From: Squalus acanthias
Taxonomy: Eukaryota
Assembly (NCBI GenBank): GCA_030390025.1
Contig: CM059432.1
Span: 46,936,001 to 47,000,000, forward strand
DNA: 64,000 nt
Direction of reading: 5' to 3'
Shown here: positions 62,896 through 64,000 of the stretch, piece by piece
Layout: each line of letters begins with the position of its first letter
Numbering within the stretch: the first letter of the stretch is position 1
The notes under the pieces: model-generated
What the model was told of the DNA's origin: nothing
Database searches by the model: none
The model's input: the letters and a program-made list of their open reading frames with translations, nothing else
Position numbers and translations under genes: made by a program

Positions 62896-63941
62896 AGTAA
62901 GAGCTTAATTTAAAAGTTGGCTTGCAATCAGCAGAAATGAGTTTGCCGATAACAGATGGCACGTATTCATTCAACACCTTGGGGTACGTATTTTAAAATG
63001 ATCACAATCCAATTTACATGCCCTGATATTTAAAATCCTTTACAATGTTTTTGGAAACTTAGTTAAACCCATGCATGTCCTCATATTGTTGCGCTACGAG
63101 TATTAAATTGGGAAGGTTCTGAATTTCAGCAGTTGTTTTTTCATTGGTTTTTAACCACTTGAAAAATAAACCATCTTTTATTCATTAAAACAATTGCAGT
63201 ACATTTGTGGTGTTGTTGGAAAGTATAATAAAGGCGCTTTGTTAACTGCAGTAAGGCAACATTACATGAATGAAATATCGGCTTGTTATGGGATAAGGCT
63301 GGCTTTTTCCACGTCTAAAGTAGGCAAATGTCACTGAGTGTTCTATCTAACATAAAGCAATGAAGTGACCATCCATCACTGGATGGTGATGGCAGTACGT
63401 GTTGTGTCCTTTGAGCACTCTCAGTACAAAGACAATTAAAAGATTTATGGTATGTCACTTTTAAGGTATTAAAAGAATTGCTAGAGGCTGCTACAAGGAA
63501 AAGTAAACAGACTTGGAAATGCAGAACAACAGTGCACTAATGCTTTACATATCAGGCCACAGCTATTGTAACATCTCACAGTGAATTGCAGACTTCAACA
63601 AGGCAATTAGGAAAAGTGTTGAGTGAGCATGCAGCCCCTCTCCTGCAAGGGTATGTAGCCTCGGACATAGAGGCTAACTTTTTCCTCCTGCATGAACTGT
63701 GGCGGAGGTGCGGAGATTGAAGGGGAAGAATATGTGAACTCTGGCTATTGTTACATTGTTGGATATTTACTCCAGATATATTTCTCAGGTGCAGTGTCTT
63801 GGACCTCTCCTGTCCTCATTCCCACAAAGCAGACTGTGCCTTTACCTTCCCAATATTCACAGATTGTACAGAGAACCCTCATTACTGTATTTCAATGTAC
63901 TGGTTATATTGCATGCCCTCACCCGATCCTCTTCGAGTTCA

Positions 63942-64000
63942 GAATTCAGCCAATTTGATTCACTCCACGTAATATCAAGAAACAGCTGAGTGTACTGGAT
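63942..64000 (+). mobile_element. Start of another family-B LINE fragment
   Basis: Matches 27574-27630. Confidence 0.7.

Noticed and set aside
1..64000. CRISPR array or prokaryotic system
   Set aside because: No repeat-spacer array or operon structure; the sequence is vertebrate-type

Overview
Eukaryotic, most likely cartilaginous-fish (shark) genomic DNA, judged from HE1/V-SINE and Deu-domain SINEs. The window is mostly intronic sequence packed with nested transposable elements: many CR1 LINE copies (one with an intact ORF2 at 51809-54757), a second LINE family with a tRNA-like head, a Penelope element with a minimal hammerhead ribozyme, four PIF/Harbinger derivatives (transposase and/or Myb/SANT gene), about ten Harbinger-type MITEs with 3-bp TSDs, and one Tc1/mariner-type and one hAT-type miniature element. 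Six phase-compatible small exons on + (31041-62896) splice into the C-terminus of an unidentified host gene. Most interesting: (1) CR1 ORF1 ends in a T_TTA_AAC/T_TTA_AAT slippery heptamer with ORF2 in the -1 frame and, in the intact copy, no AUG before the endonuclease, suggesting -1 ribosomal frameshifting; (2) two CR1 copies are 5'-truncated at that site; (3) a LINE family whose endonuclease follows a Pol III-type tRNA head, with no ORF1 and almost no sense-strand TTTT. All calls were made by eye with no database searches; boundaries without a TSD are approximate.
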